Virus record (IMG/VR): IMGVR_UViG_3300048672_000233
Span: 1-62,622 of that record
Source of the DNA: a virus
Lineage: Duplodnaviria > Caudoviricetes
Length of the DNA stretch: 62,622 bases
Reading direction: 5' to 3' (one strand)
Both the position numbers and the translations under genes were made by a program. Numbering within the stretch: position 1 is the first letter of the stretch; every line of letters begins with the position of its first letter. Below are positions 1 to 9,343 of this stretch, one piece after another. A model generated the notes under the pieces. The model did not search any database. It was not told the origin of the DNA and saw nothing but the letters and a program-made list of their open reading frames with translations.

Positions 1-204
1 GCACCGCGCTTCAAGGTACGCAGACAGGGTTATCAGGACTTAACCAAGCTATCAGTGGTCAACAGGCAGGTATGCAAGGCGCAGGGATTGGTTTGCAGGG
101 TGTTAATACGGCACTGAGTGGCACAGCTCAGAATATGCAGGGGGCAGGGATTGGTTTGCAAGGTGTAGGTACCGCGCTTCAAGGTACAGCTCAAGGAATG
201 CAGG
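1..204. repeat. Terminal direct repeat, left copy (probable circular-assembly overlap)
   Basis: 1-204 matches 62419-62622 except T128 vs G62546 (synonymous Ala codon). Confidence 0.95.
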
Positions 205-704
205 GAGCGCAAACAGGTCTAGCGGGTGTAGGCGCAGCAACTAGCGCGGGTCAATACGGACTAGCAGGACTAAGCACTCAACAAGCGGGTCTTGCGGGTA
301 TGAACTCCTCGGCACAGAACTTAGCTGGACTACGCACACAAGACCTCGCAAACCAACAAAGCATTATTGGTACGGAAAACCAAATGGGTCAGCAGATTCA
401 AGCCCGCGACCAGCAGGTGATAGACAACAACATCGCCATGAACGACTACCTCCAAAACCGTCCACAACAAACGCTGGCTAACTTAGCTAATATGCTCAAC
501 GGCGTACAAGCCACAGGTACAACGATGTACACACCAAGACCAAATGCAATGGCTCAGACATTAGGTGCAGCAGGTTCATTAGCGGGTATCGTGGGGTCCT
601 TATCAGGCAAAAAAGAGGGCGGGTTACTAAAGATGGCTCAGGGTGGTCAGGTCGGTGGTATTGGTGACTTAGCAGTGTATAATGCGCTCAACGGCATTGC
701 TTAA
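1..704 (+). CDS. C-terminal part of a Gly/Gln/Ala-rich putative internal virion (DNA ejection) protein that starts at 61104
   Basis: In frame with the open frame from ATG 61104 through the terminal repeat; 21-aa (63-bp) repeats MQGAGIGLQGV...; C-terminal KKEGG/MAQGG motifs. Confidence 0.75.
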   Translation, partial: TALQGTQTGLSGLNQAISGQQAGMQGAGIGLQGVNTALSGTAQNMQGAGIGLQGVGTALQGTAQGMQGAQTGLAGVGAATSAGQYGLAGLSTQQAGLAGMNSSAQNLAGLRTQDLANQQSIIGTENQMGQQIQARDQQVIDNNIAMNDYLQNRPQQTLANLANMLNGVQATGTTMYTPRPNAMAQTLGAAGSLAGIVGSLSGKKEGGLLKMAQGGQVGGIGDLAVYNALNGIA

Positions 705-717
705 TTAGGATTAGATT

Positions 718-1968
718 ATGATGAACTCACCCCCAAACTTCTCAGTTGAACAGTTACTACACGCACGCCAGAACGGCGTGCCTGATTATGTAGTAGTCCC
801 TTTATTGCAAAAAACAATGGCACTAAAACAAGCCTCAGCCCAACAAGCAGCACTTCAAGGCGCACCACAAAAAGCCCCGCCTATCGCGCAACAAGTCTTA
901 GGCGCAGCACATCAAGACCAACAGGCGGGTATCGCTGCGCTACAAGCGCAACACGCCATAGCGCAAGACCCACAGGCACTACCAGAAGGTCACGCAGGTG
1001 GCGGGATTTTAGCTTTCGCTCAAGGTGGCGGAATGCCCGAAGGCGATGGGAATGTAGGTGAGCAAGTGGGTGATTATTTAGGCGGTGGTATTCAATCCCT
1101 AGCTCCTGAAGGCTCCGCGCCACAGACTACTAGCCCAGCTCCAGCGCAAGACCCCGATGAAACCGATGAGGTGGCTATTAAAAAGCGTATTGATATGCTG
1201 CATAAGTTTATAGGCGAAAACCCAGCCAACGCTGAAATGCAGAAAGTGTATGAAGAACGCCAAAAAGGCGCAGAGGACAGTAAGTCTAAAGCACCTTGGA
1301 TTGCTTTGATGAAAGCAGGTGCTGCGATGGCGCAGACTAAATCACCGTACTTCATGTCCGCATTGGGCGAGGGTCTAGGCGCGGGCGCAGATGAAATTGA
1401 AAAACAAGACGAGTCCTATAATAAACAAATACACAGCGCACAGGACTTAAAAGTTCAACTAGCGCAGGCTAAACGCGCTGAAGATATGGCAATTATGAAT
1501 CATGGTTACGCTAGTTTAGAAGCCAAACAAGCCCGTGAACACGCAGCGGCGGTGAAAGCTGAAGTAGATAGAGAAAAGATGCAAAACCAACGTGAGATGC
1601 AACAGGAAAGATTAAGCCAACAAGCAGATTTAACACGGGAAAGAATCCAAGCGTCAAAAGATAATGCGGCTTTAGCTCATAGTATGTCAGGTGGTATGCG
1701 TGGGGCTATGAGTGCAAGCGCACAACAAGCGCACATAGATAGGGATGCAGCGCGATATAATCAACTACTAGACCACCGAATCTCCGCATGGGAAAACAAC
1801 CCAATGAATGTCAATAAGACAATGGACGAAGAAACTTATAATAATATACTCCGCATGACAGACAAAATGTTCTATGCTAAGACTAATTCAGGGGGTAGTT
1901 CAAAAGACCCTGCGCCGACTAAACCGAAAGCTACCCCTGTCTTTAACGCTGCATCTAAATACGAATAG
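718..1968 (+). CDS. Putative internal virion/ejection protein (coiled-coil, Q/A-rich)
   Basis: 416-aa ORF in the last block of the structural operon; FAQGG motif; function inferred from position. Confidence 0.6.
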   Translation: MMNSPPNFSVEQLLHARQNGVPDYVVVPLLQKTMALKQASAQQAALQGAPQKAPPIAQQVLGAAHQDQQAGIAALQAQHAIAQDPQALPEGHAGGGILAFAQGGGMPEGDGNVGEQVGDYLGGGIQSLAPEGSAPQTTSPAPAQDPDETDEVAIKKRIDMLHKFIGENPANAEMQKVYEERQKGAEDSKSKAPWIALMKAGAAMAQTKSPYFMSALGEGLGAGADEIEKQDESYNKQIHSAQDLKVQLAQAKRAEDMAIMNHGYASLEAKQAREHAAAVKAEVDREKMQNQREMQQERLSQQADLTRERIQASKDNAALAHSMSGGMRGAMSASAQQAHIDRDAARYNQLLDHRISAWENNPMNVNKTMDEETYNNILRMTDKMFYAKTNSGGSSKDPAPTKPKATPVFNAASKYE

Positions 1969-1974
1969 GCTCCT

Positions 1975-4900
1975 ATGTACTCACCAGAAAAGCTCCAATC
2001 TATACTGGCTAAGGCTACTGCGGCGAAAGACCAACCAGCTATTGACGAAATCAACGCGGCTATCTCAGCACTAGACGTGGGGTCAGATGCCCCGCAGACG
2101 TCTAATAAGCCCGTTGAACTAAGTAAGCCTACACACACGACTGAGCATCTTAAAACCATGTTGGCTAAAGCCTCCGCAGCGAAAGACCAACCAGCTATTG
2201 ACGAAATCAACGCTGCTCTAGCTAAGAACTATGCCTACCAAGACGAACATGGCGGGATGCTAAATGCCGCGTCAAAGTCTTTATCTGATTGGGGCGGTGA
2301 GGGCTTTACTAAAGGTTTAGGTGTTGTTCACGAGTTGATTGGAGATAAGGTCGGGGCGCAGGAAAAGTATAAACAAGCTGAGAATGAAAAAGCAGGTAGT
2401 GAGCAAGATTACACACCCGCTACGGATGATTATGTCCAGCATCAGTATGACACACGCGGTCCTGTTTATGGGGCTATGGCTAAGGTTAGACAGAAAATGG
2501 GTGAGCCATTAGGCTCTATGGCGGGTTCACTCCCTAATATGGTGGGTACACCTGCGTTGTTAGCCGCAGGTCCTGCTGGTGCGGTGGCTGGTGCGGGAAT
2601 TTATGGTGAATCTGCTTTGCGCAATGCAGGTAAGTTACACGACGAAGGGGCTACGCCAGGAAAAGCCTTACTGGGGGGTATTGGCGAAGCAACTATTGAA
2701 GCCTTCTTCCCTAAATTCCTAAGCGGCGCAAATAAAATTGTCAGTAAGGTACTACCTAAAACCGCTGGCGTAGCTGAGAAAGAAGCTGTGCATAATGCGG
2801 CTAAAGAGGGCATGGTAAGTGAGATTGAGAGGCTAGGTATCAAGGGTGACGCGCCACTAAACTTCAAAACTAAAGCACAGATATTTAGAGCTGGCGAAGA
2901 AGCCGCACGCGGGGTAGCTGACGGTGTAGTTACAGGTCGCACTAAGAAAGAACTCGCAGGGCAGTTTGCTAAGAATGCGGTAGCTAATGAAGCGGCTTTA
3001 ACAGGAATGGGTGTAGCCAGTGAAGAAGTTAGACGTTTAGCTACCACGCCTGAAGGTAAAGATACCAACCACGTTTCGTGGGGTGATGTTGGGGACATAG
3101 CTCAAGAGTCTGCGTGGCTTGCAGGTCCTTTTGGCGCGGCGCATACAGCATTTAGTAATCCCAATGTAGCAGAGGTCAAGATAGCCAACGAAGAAGCTGA
3201 GAAATATACCCCTGAAAGTAACCCTGATTATCAGGCGGCTAACGAAGAAGCCACAGCACAAGACCGCGCAGAGCGAGAAGCGGCTGAACCCGCAGTACGC
3301 AAAACAGCTAACTTATCCCCAGAAGAAAAAGCCGCCAAGCAAGCAGAGTGGCAGGGTCATGTGCGCCAGATAGCTGTGGATGACTTTCATAAACATTACC
3401 CAGGGGAAGATTTCAACGCCTTACCGCCAGACCTACAAGATAGCTGGCATAGCGCGTACAATAACTTACGCAACATAAAAAACGTAGATAGAATACCTGA
3501 CGATAAACTAAGTGCTAAACTGGTAGATTTTAAACCTGCAGTGAAACCACTTAAAGCTGTACATAACCACATGAGTGGCTCAGAAGTCATCATGCCAACA
3601 GACCCTGTAGAGTTGGCAGCGCGTTCTGTTGTGGGTAAATATGTTGAGGGTGGGCATAACAGCACAGTGTTTGATAATGCTGTTGAAGCCTATAGTAAGT
3701 TGCATAATGTTCACCCCGATAGTGTTAGCCAGCGGGCGTATGAAATAGCTTCAGCACAAAGACCATACCACCCAGCAGTTAAGAGCCTAGCAGATGAGCT
3801 TGTTGTAGGGGGTGATGTAGCTGCCCTAGAGGATGGTTCGCGTACGCCTTCAGTTAATCCTGAGTGGTACAACAGCGGTGCATTTAAACCTATCACAGCA
3901 GACGGGAAAGTAAATCTTACCACGCCCAGTATTACGGCTATTAAGGTCGCCGCAGACAAGTATCACACGCACCAGATACTCACAAAAGGTCAAGAGAACA
4001 TTATTCGTGGGTTAGACGCTGTCGCTAAACAAAAAGAAGCCGAAGCTACAGGTAGAGAAGAAATCCCAGAAACCCAACCTGCTCCTGTAGCAGCACATGC
4101 GTTTGAAGCACCTAGTGTGCAGACTGAAAGCGCACCACCTGTTGAGCCTATAAGTGAAACCCCTACACCCGAAGTTGCACAAACGCTGCCTTCAGTTGTA
4201 GTCGAACCCGAACCTACTAAGCAGGATTTAGGGGTAGAGAAACCCAAAGTGTTTAACATGCTGTTTGATGAGTTTACAGAACTGTATCCAGACGAGGCGT
4301 ATAAGTTACCTAAAAACCATTTAATCTCTATTTATGAAGCTGAAGCTGAAACGGCTGCGAAAGTCGCAGCAGAGAAACGCGCAGCGAACATTGATGGTAT
4401 TGAGATACATAAGGTGGCGCGTCAACGCCTAGATACTTGGTTGAAGTCCGACCAGTCAGAGCATATAGCCAATGTGCTGGAATCTATGCCTGAATTTGAA
4501 TTAGCGCGATACCCACAAGTAGCTAAGGACTTATATACCGCCGCGAAAAACCCCAGGGCTAAGCAGGCTATCCATGACCTAATGGTAGAAAGCTCTAACA
4601 AAGACCCGTGGTTAAAGTTTGTCAATGACCTATACACAACTAAAAGTGTTGTTGCACGGCTTAACGGTATGGCAGACGACGCGGTACGCACACTGGCTGC
4701 GCGTTATAGAGATATTGGTCCTGCTCGTGCTGGACGCATGGACATTTCAGATTTGCGTGATGTACTTGTACCTAACATATTAGATGAAGCCATTGGGAAA
4801 GATGTACTCACTAAAGAAGCCAAGAAAACGCAGGGTGATATATTCAGCGTAGAACAACATGTACTAGAAGAACCCAAAATCACAGGCGAGCCAGGACCCG

Positions 4901-7900
4901 ATGTACCCTTCTCAAAAGCGCAAGAGCCTGTAGTCAACGCCCATACATCAGACTCATTAGGTCATGCTATCAATGCGGATTTGACACCTCGCTATGGTGC
5001 GGATTTTACTCGTCGTTTAGCAGATACAGGTAAGTTTGAAATCACACCACGCGAAGATATCGCTCAGTCACATGGCGAAGAAGCCGCGCAAGCTAAGGCA
5101 TTCTATGACCCGCAAACAGACATCACACACTTAATCCCAGAAAACATCGAACAAGGTGAAAACCTACATGGGTTAGTGCTGCATGAAGTAGCAGGTCACG
5201 CGCTGAAAATGGGTGAAATAGATAAAGGTTGGCAAACAATCCTTGACCATGCAGTGAGACTTACTGACCACGACACACCATTAGGTAGAAAAGTCAGAGC
5301 CAGCATAGATTCAGCTAAAACGCCTAAGCACCAAGTACGCGAAGAACGCCTAGCCTATTTACTCGAACACCACCCTGAACTCACTATCAGCCAACGCGCT
5401 GTGGCATGGATACGCGCTGCACTTAGAAAGATTGGTGACAAGTTACCCGGCGCAGAGAAGTTCAAATGGAACAAGTGGGCGAATGAATTAGATGCAAAAG
5501 ACCTTGCCTATATGGCGAGTAAAGTCCTCCGCAAAGCTCCTGAAAACCTAAAACGTGAAGTGAAGTCAAGCAGTGAGGGTATCAAACTCTCAAAACGCGC
5601 AATACCTGAAGAAGAATGGTTATCAAATTTAGGTGCTACAGTCAACTCGCGTGCAAAAGACACTACACCCTTAACAGCTAAATCTGCAATTAGTAAAATG
5701 GTCAAAGCTGTGCGTGACCAGATGCAAAAAGATATGGATACTAACTGGAACTTAACCAAGTTCTTATCTGATGCTAACCTAGGCAAAATCACCTCTGATG
5801 GGAAGCTACGCGGTGACGTTCTTATTAACACCTTCAAACAGTCTGCTAACATTATCGGCGAAGGGCTTGAAGCTGGTAGTGTGACACTCGATAAATCGGG
5901 GGTTATGAAAACCCTAAAACTTGCTCCGACGATGTACAAAGGCAAGCCAATTACTACCTCACTAACTTCGCTTAATAAGATTCTAGGTGAGAATAAGAAA
6001 CTCGCTGACCCATATAAAGCCTATCAAGATGTTGCCTACGTCCTTGATGCTGTTGACCAAGCGAAACGTGACCCTAAGAAGCTACCTAAACAGCTTCGTG
6101 ACCCTGTGGTATTAGAGCAAGCAAAAGCTAAGGCTATTGCTATCCGTGAAGCGAACCCTGAGATTAAAGCAGCACTCGAAATATGGCGTAAAATAAGCGC
6201 ATCACTAAATGACCTTCGCATAGATAGTGGACTTATTGACCATGAAACAGCTCGCATCTTTAAAGAGTCGGAGAACTACGCCCCACGCTTTATGTTGCGT
6301 GAAGATTTAGACACCAAACTTGAACCTCCAGCAGGTAGCGGTGCTACGAAGATTGGTCATACGCAAACAAAAATCTTCCACGAGCGCAGTCCAAATTCAG
6401 ACCATAAAGTTGACCTATTTGACAACATGATTCGCCAGTACACCAGCACCATTCTTGGGGCTTATGCCAATTCAACTAAGAAGGTAGTCGCAGATAACTT
6501 AGCCACCGCTGGGGGCGCAGAGTTTGTAGGGCGGGTAAGAAACCCTGAAAATCAAGGTAACCTAGCCGTGATGATTGACGGTAAACGCCAGTTCTATAAA
6601 TTATATGACCCTGCTATCTTTAGTGCGCTCACCACTATGCACCCAGAACTTGCTTGGTATATGCAGGTGGGTAAAGCCGCGACGAAAACCTTACGTTACT
6701 CGTCCCTAAACTCCGTAGTATTCCACGCCTATGAGCTTGTGCGTAACACCTTAGCCGCGACGATGTATTCTAATGTTGGGTTCATTGGTCCTTGGAACGC
6801 CGTAGCTGAGATTGGTCGTATGGGCTTTAACAGAAAAGGGAATGATGTCATTAACCTGCTGCATGACTATGGTGTTGTAGGTAGAACCGAAGGGGGCTTT
6901 ACCCCAAGCGACAAAGGCGCGATGCTTAAACACTTCGGTGATACCTCACATAATAAAAGCAAACTCACACGCGGCTTGAACAAACTCGACGATATGCTGC
7001 ATGGGATTCATGTGGTGGTTGACGCTTCAACTAGAGCTGCGGTATATCGCAAAGCCTTCAAGAAAGCCAAGAAAGAAGGTAAATCAGACCACGCCGCACA
7101 GACCTACGCGATTATGGAAGCGAGAGAAATTATCAACTTTGCTATTAGCGGGGATTCCTCTTTAGCCCACAGCGCACGGGTGCTTGTGCCTTTCTTTAGT
7201 GCATCAACAAATGGCTTGATGAAAGCATGGACAACGGCTACTGCTAGAGATTTGCCTAAGTCCCAGCGTGCTGAAGCTCAGAAGTTGTTTGCAGCTAAAG
7301 CGGGTGGGCTTGTTGTACTCAGCTACATCGCCGCACAGTATATGGCGGGAAATAAAGAATACGCTGATATGTCCGACCAAGACAAACTAAGCAACTTTAT
7401 TGTCCACACAGGCGAAAAAGACAGTCCTTGGCGTAAAATGAAAATCCCACATGAGATTATACCTCTGTGGGCGTTGGGTAATATGCTTTCTCAAATGCAC
7501 AACAAAACAGCCGATGGGGCGCAGCTTACTAAGGCATGGCAAGGTATTGCTAAAAACACAATGTTCTCGGTAACACCTCAAATAGTAAAAATACTCGCAG
7601 AGCCAGCGGCTAACTACGACTCCTATTTGGGTCAACCTATTGAATCCGCAGCGGACAAACACGCCCTTGTGCAGTATAGAGGTGAAAGCCGTTCTAGTGA
7701 GGTTATCAATAAGCTCGCGCAGTGGTCTACTGACCAAGGTGTTGCTATGTCCCCTGCAAAACTAAACCATGTATTGAACTTGACCTTCAGTAACTTCGCG
7801 GCGGCTGGTACAGCATTGGGCGACCACTTAATACGCGATGCGGATTCACCTCAACGCACGCTACGCGATAACCAGACTTTCTGGGGTAAAGTATTCACTA

Positions 7901-8265
7901 TGAGTCCTACAGAAGTTAATATGGAGCGTACAGGTGATATTGATAAGTTCTACACCGCGCTAGACTTAGCAGACGGTACGCGCAAACGTTTAGCAGATTT
8001 ACAGCATGACAATAGACCTAAAGACATTAAAGCCTTCCTTGCTAACCCTGAGAATATACAACAGCTCGCAGCGGCTAAGATGCTCAATAAGCAGGTGAAA
8101 ACTATGTCAGCGTTGAACGCCCAGATTCGCCAGTTAGACTATGAGAGTGGTAAGAATATGTCACGCGAAGAACGCCTAGCGAAGAAGCATGAAATCAACA
8201 TGCAGAAAGCAGCGTTTGCCAAAGAAGCTATGAAAGCGTATCACGAGTTGATGAGCAGCAAATAA
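1975..8265 (+). CDS. Large internal virion/polyvalent protein with a zincin-like motif and an LPD38-like C-terminus
   Basis: 2096 aa; AFYDP...LVLHEVAGH metallopeptidase-like motif; AREIINFAISG...VPFFSASTNG resembles LPD38; duplicated N-terminal LAKAxAAKDQPAIDEINAA. Confidence 0.65.
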   Translation: MYSPEKLQSILAKATAAKDQPAIDEINAAISALDVGSDAPQTSNKPVELSKPTHTTEHLKTMLAKASAAKDQPAIDEINAALAKNYAYQDEHGGMLNAASKSLSDWGGEGFTKGLGVVHELIGDKVGAQEKYKQAENEKAGSEQDYTPATDDYVQHQYDTRGPVYGAMAKVRQKMGEPLGSMAGSLPNMVGTPALLAAGPAGAVAGAGIYGESALRNAGKLHDEGATPGKALLGGIGEATIEAFFPKFLSGANKIVSKVLPKTAGVAEKEAVHNAAKEGMVSEIERLGIKGDAPLNFKTKAQIFRAGEEAARGVADGVVTGRTKKELAGQFAKNAVANEAALTGMGVASEEVRRLATTPEGKDTNHVSWGDVGDIAQESAWLAGPFGAAHTAFSNPNVAEVKIANEEAEKYTPESNPDYQAANEEATAQDRAEREAAEPAVRKTANLSPEEKAAKQAEWQGHVRQIAVDDFHKHYPGEDFNALPPDLQDSWHSAYNNLRNIKNVDRIPDDKLSAKLVDFKPAVKPLKAVHNHMSGSEVIMPTDPVELAARSVVGKYVEGGHNSTVFDNAVEAYSKLHNVHPDSVSQRAYEIASAQRPYHPAVKSLADELVVGGDVAALEDGSRTPSVNPEWYNSGAFKPITADGKVNLTTPSITAIKVAADKYHTHQILTKGQENIIRGLDAVAKQKEAEATGREEIPETQPAPVAAHAFEAPSVQTESAPPVEPISETPTPEVAQTLPSVVVEPEPTKQDLGVEKPKVFNMLFDEFTELYPDEAYKLPKNHLISIYEAEAETAAKVAAEKRAANIDGIEIHKVARQRLDTWLKSDQSEHIANVLESMPEFELARYPQVAKDLYTAAKNPRAKQAIHDLMVESSNKDPWLKFVNDLYTTKSVVARLNGMADDAVRTLAARYRDIGPARAGRMDISDLRDVLVPNILDEAIGKDVLTKEAKKTQGDIFSVEQHVLEEPKITGEPGPDVPFSKAQEPVVNAHTSDSLGHAINADLTPRYGADFTRRLADTGKFEITPREDIAQSHGEEAAQAKAFYDPQTDITHLIPENIEQGENLHGLVLHEVAGHALKMGEIDKGWQTILDHAVRLTDHDTPLGRKVRASIDSAKTPKHQVREERLAYLLEHHPELTISQRAVAWIRAALRKIGDKLPGAEKFKWNKWANELDAKDLAYMASKVLRKAPENLKREVKSSSEGIKLSKRAIPEEEWLSNLGATVNSRAKDTTPLTAKSAISKMVKAVRDQMQKDMDTNWNLTKFLSDANLGKITSDGKLRGDVLINTFKQSANIIGEGLEAGSVTLDKSGVMKTLKLAPTMYKGKPITTSLTSLNKILGENKKLADPYKAYQDVAYVLDAVDQAKRDPKKLPKQLRDPVVLEQAKAKAIAIREANPEIKAALEIWRKISASLNDLRIDSGLIDHETARIFKESENYAPRFMLREDLDTKLEPPAGSGATKIGHTQTKIFHERSPNSDHKVDLFDNMIRQYTSTILGAYANSTKKVVADNLATAGGAEFVGRVRNPENQGNLAVMIDGKRQFYKLYDPAIFSALTTMHPELAWYMQVGKAATKTLRYSSLNSVVFHAYELVRNTLAATMYSNVGFIGPWNAVAEIGRMGFNRKGNDVINLLHDYGVVGRTEGGFTPSDKGAMLKHFGDTSHNKSKLTRGLNKLDDMLHGIHVVVDASTRAAVYRKAFKKAKKEGKSDHAAQTYAIMEAREIINFAISGDSSLAHSARVLVPFFSASTNGLMKAWTTATARDLPKSQRAEAQKLFAAKAGGLVVLSYIAAQYMAGNKEYADMSDQDKLSNFIVHTGEKDSPWRKMKIPHEIIPLWALGNMLSQMHNKTADGAQLTKAWQGIAKNTMFSVTPQIVKILAEPAANYDSYLGQPIESAADKHALVQYRGESRSSEVINKLAQWSTDQGVAMSPAKLNHVLNLTFSNFAAAGTALGDHLIRDADSPQRTLRDNQTFWGKVFTMSPTEVNMERTGDIDKFYTALDLADGTRKRLADLQHDNRPKDIKAFLANPENIQQLAAAKMLNKQVKTMSALNAQIRQLDYESGKNMSREERLAKKHEINMQKAAFAKEAMKAYHELMSSK

Positions 8266-8268
8266 AAG

Positions 8269-8296
8269 AAAAGCCCTGTGATGAGCAGGGCTTTTT
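8269..8296. terminator. Bidirectional intrinsic terminator between the convergent arms
   Basis: AAAAGCCCTG-tgatgag-CAGGGCTTTTT hairpin with an A-tract and a T-tract. Confidence 0.85.
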
Positions 8297-8300
8297 GGTG

Positions 8301-8935
8301 CTAGGCTTCTCGGCTTACTTCATTGAGCAGAGGTTTAAGGCTCCGCTTGATATGTAGTGCCATTAAACGCTCTTTACGTTCTTGAAACTCTAACCCTTCG
8401 AGTAAATACACGGTGTTAGCGCGTTGTGCTTGGCAGTTGCGCCAAGCACAACGCGGTTGATTAAGTCACATTCATTCGAGAAATGGTGGCTTTCAGTAGT
8501 TTTACCCTCACGAGACACCACAACAGCATCGGTCATTGGGTGGAAGTCCAACCGCATATCGGAGCGCACCTTTGCTTGAGCTTCTTTTTCAAGCTGTTTC
8601 TTTTCAAGCTGGATATAATAGAGTCGTACTTGCTTACCTATATCATTGTTCTGCACCATAGCAATCTGCTTTGCCATATCGGGGGCTATGAAGTAGTCGA
8701 TAGGCTGGAAGCCACTATATTCGCCGCCGTCCGTTTTGGCGACGGTAATATAATCCACATTTTCTACAAAGCTATACTTTTCAATACGCTGTCTAATCCA
8801 ATTAGAGAAGTCACGACCCACACATAGACATTCATGTAAGTCTCTAGCATTAACAGCGTTAATTAAGGCACCTTCTCTATGTGGGGCTAAGGTTTTGTTC
8901 AATGTAGCGAAGGTTTTTGTGTCTAGTAATTTCAT
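8301..8935 (-). pseudogene. AntA/AntB-type antirepressor with a C-terminal frameshift or deletion
   Basis: N-terminal VNARDLHECL..GRDFSNWIRQRIEKYSFVENVDY...MAKQIAMVQNNDIGKQVRLYYI is AntA-like. The main frame stops at 8390, but a second frame continues QRANTVYLLEGLEFQERKERL...SREA* to 8301. Confidence 0.7.
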
Positions 8936-8946
8936 TTTCTTTTCCC

Positions 8947-9053
8947 ATAAAAAAAGACGCTCTGCTTTAACTGGGTGGAATTAGCCGAATAATATGCTAC
9001 CAGTTATGCTTAACGTCTTTGTTTAAGTATTCGTTTAGGTGATTCCACTCACA
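8947..9053 (-). ncRNA. Structured leader/attenuator RNA of the antirepressor gene
   Basis: Hairpin GUGA-GUGGAA-UCAC whose loop is complementary to a UUCCAC bulge in a downstream multi-stem structure ending in a U-tract. Confidence 0.55.
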
Positions 9054-9059
9054 GCACGC

Positions 9060-9088
9060 AATGTACAGATATACCGTGAGGTTGTCAA
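9060..9088 (-). promoter_or_regulatory. Sigma70-type promoter of the antirepressor cassette
   Basis: TTGACA-N17-TACATT on the minus strand. Confidence 0.7.
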
Positions 9089-9120
9089 ACAAATCTCGTG
9101 GCTGAATTTTCAGCCACCAA

Positions 9121-9220
9121 TAAAAAACCCCGAAACTCAGATGGGTCAAGCATCTAAACATCGGGGCTGAGAGTATAAACTCTTAGATTTTAAAACGCCT
9201 TGACCACGCAAATCTAAAAA
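9121..9220 (-). ncRNA. Candidate ~100-nt kissing-loop RNA ending in a terminator
   Basis: Hairpin loop GGUCAAG and terminator-hairpin loop CUUGACC are exact complements; G-U pairs form only on the minus strand; U6 tail. Confidence 0.6.
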
Positions 9221-9229
9221 TTCATGCCT

Positions 9230-9258
9230 TTTATACCAAAGAATGTGTGGTAGGTCAA
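9230..9258 (-). promoter_or_regulatory. Sigma70-type promoter
   Basis: TTGACC-N17-TATAAA on the minus strand. Confidence 0.7.
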
Positions 9259-9259
9259 A

Positions 9260-9288
9260 TAAAAACCCTGAGTGCCAAAACACTCAGG
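9260..9288 (-). terminator. Intrinsic terminator after the thyX/DUF3310 genes
   Basis: CCTGAGTG/CACTCAGG stem followed by a T-tract on the minus strand. Confidence 0.6.
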
Positions 9289-9343
9289 TAAACCATTAAC
9301 TTTTAAAGGAGGACAAATGAATGCAAATTCATTACGGATGATT

